The translations under genes and the position numbers were made by a program. From the IMG/VR virus record IMGVR_UViG_3300010331_000008: DNA of 35,008 nucleotides. One strand, given 5' to 3'. The notes beneath the pieces are model-generated. The model saw only the letters and a program-made list of their open reading frames with translations. It was not told the origin of the DNA and ran no database searches. This stretch comes from a virus. Shown here one piece after another: positions 8,164-15,192 of this stretch (position 1 is the first letter of the stretch; every line of letters starts with the position of its first letter).

Positions 8164-8613
8164 ATGTCGGATATGAGTTACCCCGTCAATGAGTACGGAG
8201 TAGCTCTGTCCAGTTACGAATTGGGCTATAGTGAACCAACTGACCCAGAACGTCAAACAAACATAAATCATCTACAATGGATTGAGAGAATATACAGAGT
8301 CGTCGGCAAGGGCGCTCTTTTTATATGTTTTAGAGACCTCAAATGCTTACAAGAACCAATGTACATGGATGAACACCAAAGCCTACACGATACATTCTCC
8401 CAACCTAAAATGCCAACCCCAGCCCAAGCCTATGAAGAAATTGAGCGAGCGCAACTAAATGGCGAGTGTTTCTCTAGGCGTATGTCAAGAAAAAAACGTG
8501 AACAGATGGGATACGTTGCTATCGGTGGTTATGCCCAGATACCTATAACAGATGAAAGGCTGTTGGCCTGTAAAAAAGACTGTGATTTTATAATAAATAG
8601 TAGATGGAATTAG
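8164..8613 (+). CDS. hypothetical protein
   Basis: 149-aa ORF, tightly packed with its neighbours. Confidence 0.5.
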   Translation: MSDMSYPVNEYGVALSSYELGYSEPTDPERQTNINHLQWIERIYRVVGKGALFICFRDLKCLQEPMYMDEHQSLHDTFSQPKMPTPAQAYEEIERAQLNGECFSRRMSRKKREQMGYVAIGGYAQIPITDERLLACKKDCDFIINSRWN

Positions 8614-8621
8614 GAGTTGAA

Positions 8622-8825
8622 ATGACACGATCAAACATGGAAATAAGTTATACTGAGATAAGCCCAGAAGTTTTAGTTAATCGGAATAACGAACTAATCA
8701 CTTTACTTGAAATACCTTGCCATAAAGAACGAGCCGATAGACTTAAACGTGAACTAGCCGAAGTCTCATTTGAAATTATGCAGAGAGTGCGTGCAGGTGA
8801 GCTTGATATTGAGATGACAGACTAG
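8622..8825 (+). CDS. hypothetical protein
   Basis: TAGGAG SD 5 nt before ATG 8622; preferred over the track start at 8604. Confidence 0.5.
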   Translation: MTRSNMEISYTEISPEVLVNRNNELITLLEIPCHKERADRLKRELAEVSFEIMQRVRAGELDIEMTD

Positions 8826-8952
8826 TATAATAGATGTACGCCCTGAAGCTGTAATGCTCTAGGTAATCGGTATCTGACCTGCAGAGATGGTATCGGCAAG
8901 ACTGAGGACAAAGAGGAGTAATTACCTTACAAAAACTCAGGTATAACAATAC

Positions 8953-8987
8953 AAATAAATAAGCCCCATTACGAGGCTTATTTATTT
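8953..8987. terminator. bidirectional intrinsic terminator
   Basis: Perfect 13-bp stem aaataaataagcc / ggcttatttattt with a 9-nt loop. A/T tracts on both sides. Lies between the convergent genes ending at 8825 (+) and 9007 (-). Confidence 0.7.
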
Positions 8988-9006
8988 ACTTGGTATAACT
9001 AGTCTA

Positions 9007-9273
9007 CTATTTGATTATCACGCCACCTGTGAGCTTGTGTGAGGTCGTGGGTGCTATAAACGGTACTAGGTGCAACGCTCCGTCAATCACAAAGACCTGT
9101 TTATGAATATTAGGTTTGCTATATCTAGCTTGGATTCGTTTTAATGAATCGGCTGATAATCTATCAAGTTCTATTTTACGGTTACGTTTCGCTATTACGC
9201 CTAGGTTTAATATCGGACTGAGTGAACGCCCAACATTGTTTATGCGTCGGTCTATATCTGATAGTTGTGTCAT
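9007..9273 (-). CDS. hypothetical 88-aa protein; the only minus-strand gene in the genome
   Basis: AAGAGG SD just upstream of the ATG on the minus strand. Has its own promoter-like sequence and a downstream terminator. I recognised no family. Confidence 0.55.
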   Translation of the reverse strand: MTQLSDIDRRINNVGRSLSPILNLGVIAKRNRKIELDRLSADSLKRIQARYSKPNIHKQVFVIDGALHLVPFIAPTTSHKLTGGVIIK

Positions 9274-9310
9274 ATAACCTCTTTTCTTATTTCTTTTGTT
9301 ATTTTTAGGT

Positions 9311-9340
9311 ACTATAAGCGACCCCTCTTTTTTTGTGTAA
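9311..9340 (-). promoter_or_regulatory. candidate promoter of the minus-strand gene (TTACAC-N18-TATAGT)
   Basis: Reverse complement reads TTACACaaaaaaagaggggtcgctTATAGT, about 40 nt upstream of the start at 9273. Confidence 0.35.
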
Positions 9341-9550
9341 CCGGCTAGTAGAGGAGTAGATAATAAAGCAATACCTGATATTAGGATTACTAGGTAGTCA
9401 GTTTTAATCTTGATCGTCAGTTCGCTGTGCTTTAAGCCTTAAAAGGATATTAAAAAATAGTTTACTAATTAAATTGATTAAATCAGATGTTAAAGTACGT
9501 GATTGTTTACATTCATCAGTTCAATGCAAGCTTTACGATAGCCTAAAACG

Positions 9551-9580
9551 TTGAGCCATTTTAGTAAGTTATTTTATAGT
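9551..9580 (+). promoter_or_regulatory. candidate sigma70-like promoter (TTGAGC-N18-TATAGT)
   Basis: Lies in ORF-free DNA, about 100 nt upstream of the + strand terminator at 9678-9700. Confidence 0.4.
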
Positions 9581-9587
9581 ATCACTT

Positions 9588-9700
9588 ACAGGCAATGGTC
9601 AGCGACTCCTCAATACTATTGCGAATATTGTTCATATGAGTTACTATAGATAGTAATTCGATAAAACTACATTGATTGAGGCCCGAAAGGGTCTTTTTCT
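9588..9700 (+). ncRNA. candidate small RNA of about 113 nt
   Basis: Bounded by the promoter-like element at 9551-9580 and the GAAA-tetraloop terminator. Contains only 5- and 14-codon ORFs with no SD. Confidence 0.35.
9678..9700 (+). terminator. intrinsic terminator (GAGGCCC-GAAA-GGGTCTT followed by a T run)
   Basis: 7-bp stem including G-U pairs, GNRA tetraloop, T5 tract. Same architecture as the post-capsid terminator at 30696. Confidence 0.6.
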
Positions 9701-9831
9701 CTGCTTGTTTATATTCCCAACCTGTTTGTTAATTTCTTTCGATAAAACTAACATTCAGTTACTGACAACTATATACCTATATTGATACGCACGTAAAGTA
9801 CAAAGCATAATTACGTTGTGTATAACTTGCG

Positions 9832-9875
9832 AACAAATAAAAGTAGCCCCTAAACAGTAATGTAATTGGGGCTAC
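9832..9875 (-). terminator. minus-strand intrinsic terminator
   Basis: Perfect 8-bp GC-rich stem GTAGCCCC / GGGGCTAC with a 17-nt loop. On the minus strand it is followed by TTTTATTTGTT. Confidence 0.6.
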
Positions 9876-9991
9876 ACACACTAAGGTGGTTATGTAAGGT
9901 GCTTACAGGCGTGTCCTAAATATCTCTACATCGGGTGTTTCTGTACTAATATTATGGTAATACTTATGGTTGGGTTTTACAAGACAATAAA

Positions 9992-10059
9992 ATAGAACTT
10001 AGCAGACAGTAGATTGGATTAACGATCGCCCTGGGGCAAGAGTTACTGCTAAGTTCTAT
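9992..10059. repeat. perfect 14-bp inverted repeat with a 40-nt spacer
   Basis: atagaacttagcag (9992-10005) pairs with ctgctaagttctat (10046-10059). Followed by (tctatata)x2 on the + strand and by TTTTATTG on the minus strand. Confidence 0.85.
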
Positions 10060-10067
10060 ATATCTAT

Positions 10068-10096
10068 ATATTACCATTTTGAGCCTATAAAATCAA
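10068..10096 (-). promoter_or_regulatory. minus-strand sigma70-type promoter with an extended -10 (TTGATT-N17-TGgTAATAT)
   Basis: Reverse complement of 10061-10100 reads gtgaTTGATTttataggctcaaaaTGgTAATATatagata. Back-to-back with early promoter A. Confidence 0.5.
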
Positions 10097-10109
10097 TCAC
10101 ATAAAAGGC

Positions 10110-10138
10110 TTGCAATATATCAACCATTAGCGTACAAT
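10110..10138 (+). promoter_or_regulatory. early promoter A (TTGCAA-N17-TACAAT with a CATTAGCG spacer block)
   Basis: Exact 17-nt spacing. Shares ccattagcgTACAAT with copies B, C and D. 35 nt upstream of the Rad52-like gene. Confidence 0.65.
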
Positions 10139-10173
10139 TATACCCAGTAGAACAGTAATGAAAGGATTAACAA

Positions 10174-10908
10174 ATGGCACAAGTAAAAGAAATAGCAGAA
10201 CAGTTATCAGAACCGTTTGATCCACAGGATATTGAATGGCGAGTTCAACAGGCTGGTGAAGCCAATGGTAAAAAATGGGCTATGGTTTTAGCCTATATAG
10301 ATAATCGAGCAATCATGGGTAGACTAGATAAAGTATTTGGTATTGCCGGTTGGCAGAACGAATATCAACCGTTACCTGATGGCGGAATAATTTGTGGCAT
10401 TAAAGCTAAAATAGGTGATGAATGGATTGTTAAATATGATGGCGCTGATAAGACTAATATTGAGGCTACTAAAGGTGGGCTTAGCAACGCTATGAAACGT
10501 GCTGGAGCGCAATGGGGTATTGGCCGTTATCTATACGGACTTGAGGCAACATTCGTTAAGCCACAAGACGGCAAAGCACCAGACCACGATAATTACATAT
10601 CTGGCTATAGTAAAGACTTTGGCAAATATTATTTTGAACGCCCACAACTACCTAGCTGGGCATTGCCAAAAGGCGCTAAGGTAGAAGTTACTAAGACCGA
10701 GACTAACCCTGAATGGTCTTATGACGAACGAGACAAGCAATTAAAAGAAATAACAGCCGTCGGTATCCAACTAGGTTACGACATAGCAACACTTGATAAA
10801 AGAATAGCTAAACTAAATAATAGCAATGATGCTAAATCACTATTAACTAACTTTCGTGAGATGATGAAAGCTGAAAAATCTAAAAAAGAGGAAGTACCAT
10901 TCAAATGA
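10174..10908 (+). CDS. Rad52/Rad22-family single-strand annealing protein
   Basis: DIEWRVQQAG...WAMVLAYIDNRAIMGRLDKVFGIAGWQNEY...KGGLSNAMKRAGAQWGIGRYLY matches the conserved core of phage Rad52-like recombinases. Confidence 0.7.
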   Translation: MAQVKEIAEQLSEPFDPQDIEWRVQQAGEANGKKWAMVLAYIDNRAIMGRLDKVFGIAGWQNEYQPLPDGGIICGIKAKIGDEWIVKYDGADKTNIEATKGGLSNAMKRAGAQWGIGRYLYGLEATFVKPQDGKAPDHDNYISGYSKDFGKYYFERPQLPSWALPKGAKVEVTKTETNPEWSYDERDKQLKEITAVGIQLGYDIATLDKRIAKLNNSNDAKSLLTNFREMMKAEKSKKEEVPFK

Positions 10909-11120
10909 ACGACCATCACGACCAAGATTACAACCCAGAGTTAGCACGAGACCTAGCCGAGATGACGCAACCCGACTACCCAGAGCTAAAGATATATAAA
11001 GGTGGCGATATACCACCAGAACTTATCTACATAAATAGTAAGGCTTATTATATTGCTCACGTTACAGACGATGTAGACGGCCAAAGAACTGCTATTTTAG
11101 TAGTATGGTCGCCTTTCTAA
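10905..11120 (+). CDS. hypothetical protein
   Basis: ATGA overlap with the upstream gene. 71 aa. Confidence 0.5.
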   Translation: MNDHHDQDYNPELARDLAEMTQPDYPELKIYKGGDIPPELIYINSKAYYIAHVTDDVDGQRTAILVVWSPF

Positions 11121-11510
11121 ATGGACTTAAAGCAGACCCCAATCGAAGTGCCGGCAACGCTTGAGGGTATTACTCGCAAAAAGGATCGTTCGGTTTCGTT
11201 CCGGTTTAACTCATTACTTGAAGTATCTAACGCCGACTTTGGCGAAATGGATAAACTATTCCAATCAGTCGGCTACCTATTATTTGCCGAACGAAGTTTA
11301 ACTAACGAAGATATACCTGATGAGGAAATAGAGACCGATATATCTAAATCGCAATCAGTCCAATTAAGAGATGCTCTATGGGTACTTTATAAGGCTCGTG
11401 GCAATCGCACCGAGGATAAAGAACTATGGAACATCTTTTATAGAAAGCAAATGCAAGTGTTCAAAGCTAGAGTGCTAGATGAAGTCCACAAACTAGACGA
11501 TACTAACTAA
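11121..11510 (+). CDS. hypothetical protein
   Basis: Starts 1 nt after the previous stop. 129 aa. Confidence 0.5.
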   Translation: MDLKQTPIEVPATLEGITRKKDRSVSFRFNSLLEVSNADFGEMDKLFQSVGYLLFAERSLTNEDIPDEEIETDISKSQSVQLRDALWVLYKARGNRTEDKELWNIFYRKQMQVFKARVLDEVHKLDDTN

Positions 11511-11530
11511 TAGGAGATAAAATAAACAAG

Positions 11531-12715
11531 ATGAATGTATTAAGTTTGTTCGATGGGATGAGTTGTGGTCAAATTGCACTCAGGCAATTAAATATACCGA
11601 TTGAAAAATACTATGCTAGTGAGATAGACAAATATTCTATTCAAATCACACAGAAAAACCACCCTAGCACTATTCAATTAGGTGATATTACAAAGTGGCG
11701 TGAATGGGATATTGACTGGTTAAGTATAGATTTAGTTTTTGGTGGTAGTCCTTGTCAGGGCTTTAGTTTTGCCGGTAAACAGTTAGCCTTTGATGACCCA
11801 CGATCTAAATTATTCTTTGATTTCATTGATATAGTAAATCATGTTAAGCAGCACAACCATAAAGCAAAGTTTCTATTAGAAAATGTAAGAATGAAAAAAG
11901 AATACCTTGATGTTATATCTGAGTACATCGGAGTTCAACCAGTTAAGATTAACTCAGCTCTTGTGTCAGCTCAGAATAGGGTTAGGTATTACTGGACAAA
12001 CATAGCCGAATTGCAACAGCCTGATGACTTAGGTATTTTACTAAAAGACATTATTGAAAGTGGGGATATAACCGAAACAAAGGCTAGAACTATTGACGCT
12101 AACTATTTTAAGGGTGGCAAGATTGGCGGCACTCATCAAAGTTCAAAACGCAACTATCTTGTAACTGGTGGTGCTATTCGTGGACGATATAATCAAGACG
12201 GCAAGACAGAACAGCAACTTGAGGTACAGGGGACGCAACGAGCCAACTCAATTACTACAGTTCAAAAAGATAGCCTATGTATTAAAGTAGGCGAAGCCGA
12301 TATTAAGGGACATGATAGTATTAAGCGAGTTTATAGCCCAGAGGGTAAATCCCCAACATTAACAACAATGGGCGGTGGACACAGAGAACCAAAAATAGCA
12401 GTCTATGAGGCTACTAAAAAAGGGTATGCCGAGGCTGGAGTTGGCGAGGGGTTAGACCTGACATTCCCTAACAGTAAGACTAGGCGTGGTCGTCTAATGC
12501 AATACAAATCAAATTGCTTAACATCTGCTAATTATGAATATGGGATAGTGCAACCAGATATTACTTGGCGTAAATTAACACCACTAGAGTGCGAAAGACT
12601 ACAGACAGTACCCGATGGATATACAGAGGGGGTATCAAATACCCAACGCTATCGTATGCTAGGTAATGGTTGGACAGTTGAAGTAATCAAACATATATTC
12701 AGGAATCTATTATGA
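11531..12715 (+). CDS. DNA (cytosine-5) methyltransferase
   Basis: Motif I LSLFDGMSCG, motif IV GGSPCQGFSFAG, motif VI LLENV, and C-terminal RKLTPLECERLQTVPDGYT and GNGWTV. Confidence 0.9.
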   Translation: MNVLSLFDGMSCGQIALRQLNIPIEKYYASEIDKYSIQITQKNHPSTIQLGDITKWREWDIDWLSIDLVFGGSPCQGFSFAGKQLAFDDPRSKLFFDFIDIVNHVKQHNHKAKFLLENVRMKKEYLDVISEYIGVQPVKINSALVSAQNRVRYYWTNIAELQQPDDLGILLKDIIESGDITETKARTIDANYFKGGKIGGTHQSSKRNYLVTGGAIRGRYNQDGKTEQQLEVQGTQRANSITTVQKDSLCIKVGEADIKGHDSIKRVYSPEGKSPTLTTMGGGHREPKIAVYEATKKGYAEAGVGEGLDLTFPNSKTRRGRLMQYKSNCLTSANYEYGIVQPDITWRKLTPLECERLQTVPDGYTEGVSNTQRYRMLGNGWTVEVIKHIFRNLL

Positions 12716-13212
12716 AAGAGCCTAAATGCAAAATATGTGGCGGCAAACACTACAAAACATTTTGTTCACAAGCCCCTAAAACTCCCATCAAACGTACACC
12801 AATAAAACTAAAGCCTAGTAAGCCTAGACGTAAAAAATCAGACCGAGATAAACTAAAAAAGAAGCTAGAACTGGCCGTTAAAACCTATATCAAACAGCGA
12901 GACAACTACACCTGCCAGCATTGCCATAAAAAAGTTGAAGGCTCTAACTGCCACGCCTCACATATTCTATCAGTGGGCGCACACTCTAATATGCAATTTG
13001 AACCACGTAATATGAAAGTTCTTTGTTTCCATTGTCATCGTCAATTTTGGCATGGCGATCCTGCATTATCTAGCCACTGGTACATACAGACGTTCCCAGA
13101 GAATTGGGCATATTTAATAGAGCAATCCAACACAGCATTAAAGATACCAACCTGCGAACTACAAGATAGAATTGACTATTATACCGAGCTTGTGGATAAC
13201 TCTACTATCTAA
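12712..13212 (+). CDS. NinG/Rap-like recombination endonuclease (zinc-binding, HNH-like)
   Basis: N-terminal CKICGGKH...FCS. The block YIKQRDNYTCQHCHKKVEGSNCHASHILSVGAHSNMQFEPRNMKVLCFHCH follows the lambda NinG pattern. ATGA overlap with the methyltransferase gene. Confidence 0.55.
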   Translation: MKEPKCKICGGKHYKTFCSQAPKTPIKRTPIKLKPSKPRRKKSDRDKLKKKLELAVKTYIKQRDNYTCQHCHKKVEGSNCHASHILSVGAHSNMQFEPRNMKVLCFHCHRQFWHGDPALSSHWYIQTFPENWAYLIEQSNTALKIPTCELQDRIDYYTELVDNSTI

Positions 13213-13217
13213 TGTTA

Positions 13218-13246
13218 TTGACGAAAGCATTAGCGTATGCTAAGAT
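13218..13246 (+). promoter_or_regulatory. early promoter D (TTGACG-N17-TAAGAT, containing the GCATTAGCGTA block)
   Basis: Same conserved block as promoters A-C. The alternative -10 aligned with the family would be TATGCT at 13236-13241. Confidence 0.5.
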
Positions 13247-13471
13247 GTTCACATAACCACAGTAGAACTGGGTTACCGAACCAAAAGCGATGAGATGATT
13301 AGAGCCTCACACCGTACGCTACAAGGTAAATCGCACCACATTAACAATTAAGCGTAGCTGACTGGCGAGATGGTAATAACGGCTCGAGCAGTTATAAGCT
13401 ATTACGAAGGGTGCAAGTGCCTTCCTCGTCAGCCACATACGCTTAATACAAAACAAAAAGGAGAAACAAAC

Positions 13472-13537
13472 ATGAGTATTCTAGCAATCAAACGCTACGA
13501 TCAACCAAATAAAATCAAGTTCATAACTATCAAATAG
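13472..13537 (+). CDS. 21-codon ORF with a strong SD (possible leader peptide)
   Basis: AAAGGAG 8 nt upstream of the ATG. Translation: MSILAIKRYDQPNKIKFITIK. Confidence 0.3.
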   Translation: MSILAIKRYDQPNKIKFITIK

Positions 13538-13546
13538 GAGAACTGA

Positions 13547-13678
13547 ATGTACCGATACAACAAACTATTAAAAGACAACTGGCTGCTAATATCACTAACG
13601 ATTATCGGAATAATCACATTAGTAATATGGTTTGACAATTTCATCTGGATATTAAATCAAACAAAAGGAATAAACTAA
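13547..13678 (+). CDS. 43-aa single-TM membrane protein
   Basis: TAGGAG SD 6 nt upstream of the ATG. TM segment WLLISLTIIGIITLVIW. Confidence 0.4.
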   Translation: MYRYNKLLKDNWLLISLTIIGIITLVIWFDNFIWILNQTKGIN

Positions 13679-13679
13679 A

Positions 13680-13916
13680 ATGAAAAACAACATCGTAAAA
13701 GACGCAAAAGCTCAAGTAAAAGCCAACAAGCAACCACGAACGATCAAAGTCAAAAGCTTAATCAAAGCTTTAGTTATTAGCGCAATCATACTATTAACTG
13801 CCGGTGTATTTTATAACCTCGGACAATACAATCAACGCCAAAGTACAGCCGACATTGACCAAAAGGCGATCATCCGAGTACAAGACATCAAAGCCTTAAT
13901 GACAGTAGTAAAATAA
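13680..13916 (+). CDS. 78-aa membrane-anchor protein; possibly the N-terminal part of the downstream transglycosylase
   Basis: Basic N-terminus followed by a TM helix (LIKALVISAIILLTAGVFY). Ends in GTA AAA TAA. The -1 frame is open from 13859 into the next ORF. Confidence 0.5.
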   Translation: MKNNIVKDAKAQVKANKQPRTIKVKSLIKALVISAIILLTAGVFYNLGQYNQRQSTADIDQKAIIRVQDIKALMTVVK

Positions 13917-13972
13917 CACAGATTGACTTAGCCGAGCCAATCGTAACGCCACAGGCTAACCCAAAAGACGAA

Positions 13973-14323
13973 GTGGCAGAACAAACCGTCTTTGTACCTA
14001 TCACGCCACAGAACGCAACTACGCAAGCCACAGGCGGTATAGAGGGCATAGTACGTGCAGCAGCTAACAAGTATGGTATCAGCGAGGACTATTTTGTCAG
14101 CGTAGCACGTTGCGAAAGCACCCTAAACCCTAATAGTGTGAATTATGACTATTACGAGAACGGAAACCCTAGCGGACTATTCCAACACATTAGTGGTTAC
14201 TGGTCAGCAAGAGCCGAGAAATACGGATATGCCGGTGCAAGCGTTCTTGATCCTGTGGCTAACGCAAACGTAACAGCAGCAATGTTCGCAGACGGACTAA
14301 CTAATTTATGGGAGTGCAAGTAA
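13973..14323 (+). CDS. lytic-transglycosylase-like (lysozyme-like) protein
   Basis: ARCESTLNPNSVNY...GLFQHISGYW resembles the catalytic Glu-Ser and GLxQ motifs of SLT/Rpf-type enzymes. The GTG start has no SD and the product has no signal peptide. Confidence 0.5.
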   Translation: MAEQTVFVPITPQNATTQATGGIEGIVRAAANKYGISEDYFVSVARCESTLNPNSVNYDYYENGNPSGLFQHISGYWSARAEKYGYAGASVLDPVANANVTAAMFADGLTNLWECK

Positions 14324-14577
14324 TGAAACTAGGTGTACAAATAATCAAAGAAAACTGGATGGAATCAATGGTCAGACGAGCCGAGGAAAGTCTAAGCACC
14401 CTTACTATCCGTAAACCAGTGGTAAAGCATATACCGATTGAAGTATGGACTGATATTGGCGGTCAAGGACTTATAAGTTTATCTAAATGGTTCCCCTGTG
14501 AAGTAAGAAACTCAGGTGGCAAAACATACTTAGTAACAACAATAAGTCATATAAGTATAGGATTGGAGAATAAGTAA
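14323..14577 (+). CDS. hypothetical protein
   Basis: TAATG overlap with the upstream stop; preferred over the track start at 14308. Confidence 0.45.
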   Translation: MKLGVQIIKENWMESMVRRAEESLSTLTIRKPVVKHIPIEVWTDIGGQGLISLSKWFPCEVRNSGGKTYLVTTISHISIGLENK

Positions 14578-15191
14578 TGACTATTAACGAACAAACAAAG
14601 GAGAGCAAGATGGGCAAAACTTATGAAGTCTTAAAGCCTCTAGTCAATGCCGAAGTTGGTACTAAACTAAAACATTTATCTAGCACTCCATATCAGACAG
14701 CTGGTTTATACACCGAAGACCATAAGATTATTGTATTGTGGTGTCATATTGATACGGCTATTGAGCAAGGTTTTATTATAGGAGCAGTTATGACAGAAGA
14801 TAGTAATGAGCTATCCAAAGCAATCAAAAAAGCATTTACAGATAACGATATGACCGAAGATGGTTGTAGTGATTATGAGGATATTGAGTTATTTGATACA
14901 AAGCAAGTAGTCGATGACATTATTGCCTACGTTCAATCTAACTATATTCTAAAATCAGAATCAGACAATTCCGTTGATGAAGCAGAAAAGTTTAATTACG
15001 ATTTTGGATATAAATGTGGCGTAAATGAGATAACCATGAGTGGCGATTATATTCTAAAATCAGATGTAGAGTGGATAATAATCGGTGAAGATGAACCACA
15101 GACAGAAAATGGGTTATTACCTGATCGAGTTGATAGACGTAATCAACTCCGAGCAGAACAACGTAACCGTCTAAAAGAAAGTAGTAAATAA
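14577..15191 (+). CDS. hypothetical acidic protein; an alternative start is ATG 14610, preceded by AAAGGAGAG
   Basis: 204-aa ORF, Asp/Glu-rich in its C-terminal half. Confidence 0.5.
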   Translation: MTINEQTKESKMGKTYEVLKPLVNAEVGTKLKHLSSTPYQTAGLYTEDHKIIVLWCHIDTAIEQGFIIGAVMTEDSNELSKAIKKAFTDNDMTEDGCSDYEDIELFDTKQVVDDIIAYVQSNYILKSESDNSVDEAEKFNYDFGYKCGVNEITMSGDYILKSDVEWIIIGEDEPQTENGLLPDRVDRRNQLRAEQRNRLKESSK

Positions 15192-15192
15192 T

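Larger units (their letters stand above)
9832..10061 (-). ncRNA. candidate non-coding RNA of about 230 nt, transcribed divergently from the first early promoter
   Basis: A strong minus-strand promoter at 10068-10096, no ORF in the interval, the 14-bp hairpin 9992-10059 near the 5' end, and the terminator at 9832-9875. Confidence 0.4.

Noticed and set aside
8913-8918. Orphan strong SD sequences (GAGGAG at 8913 and 9351) considered as starts of unannotated genes.
   Set aside because: No ATG, GTG or TTG lies at a suitable distance. The only possible ORFs, using ATT or ATA starts, are 13-14 codons long. They are kept as context for the non-AUG start finding and are not called as genes.
9007-9273. 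A PLD/HKD-like motif (NIHKQVFVIDG) in the minus-strand 88-aa protein.
   Set aside because: The lysine is displaced relative to HxK(x)4D. The downstream G-S/T-x-N is missing. The protein is far shorter than a Nuc-type PLD domain. The evidence is insufficient for a functional call.
8826-10173. A tRNA, retron msr/msd or DGR template in the non-coding island. The same possibilities were considered for 13250-13470 and 18173-18460.
   Set aside because: No acceptor-stem and T-arm (GTTCRAnnC-like) combination is visible. No reverse transcriptase gene exists anywhere in the genome. No template/variable repeat pair matches the fibre genes.
13294-13302. GCGATGAG in the 13.3-kb leader considered as a hammerhead ribozyme core. 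TTGATGA at 20951 was considered in the same way.
   Set aside because: The CUGAUGA box is imperfect. The matching GAAA and cleavage-site helices are not in the required arrangement.
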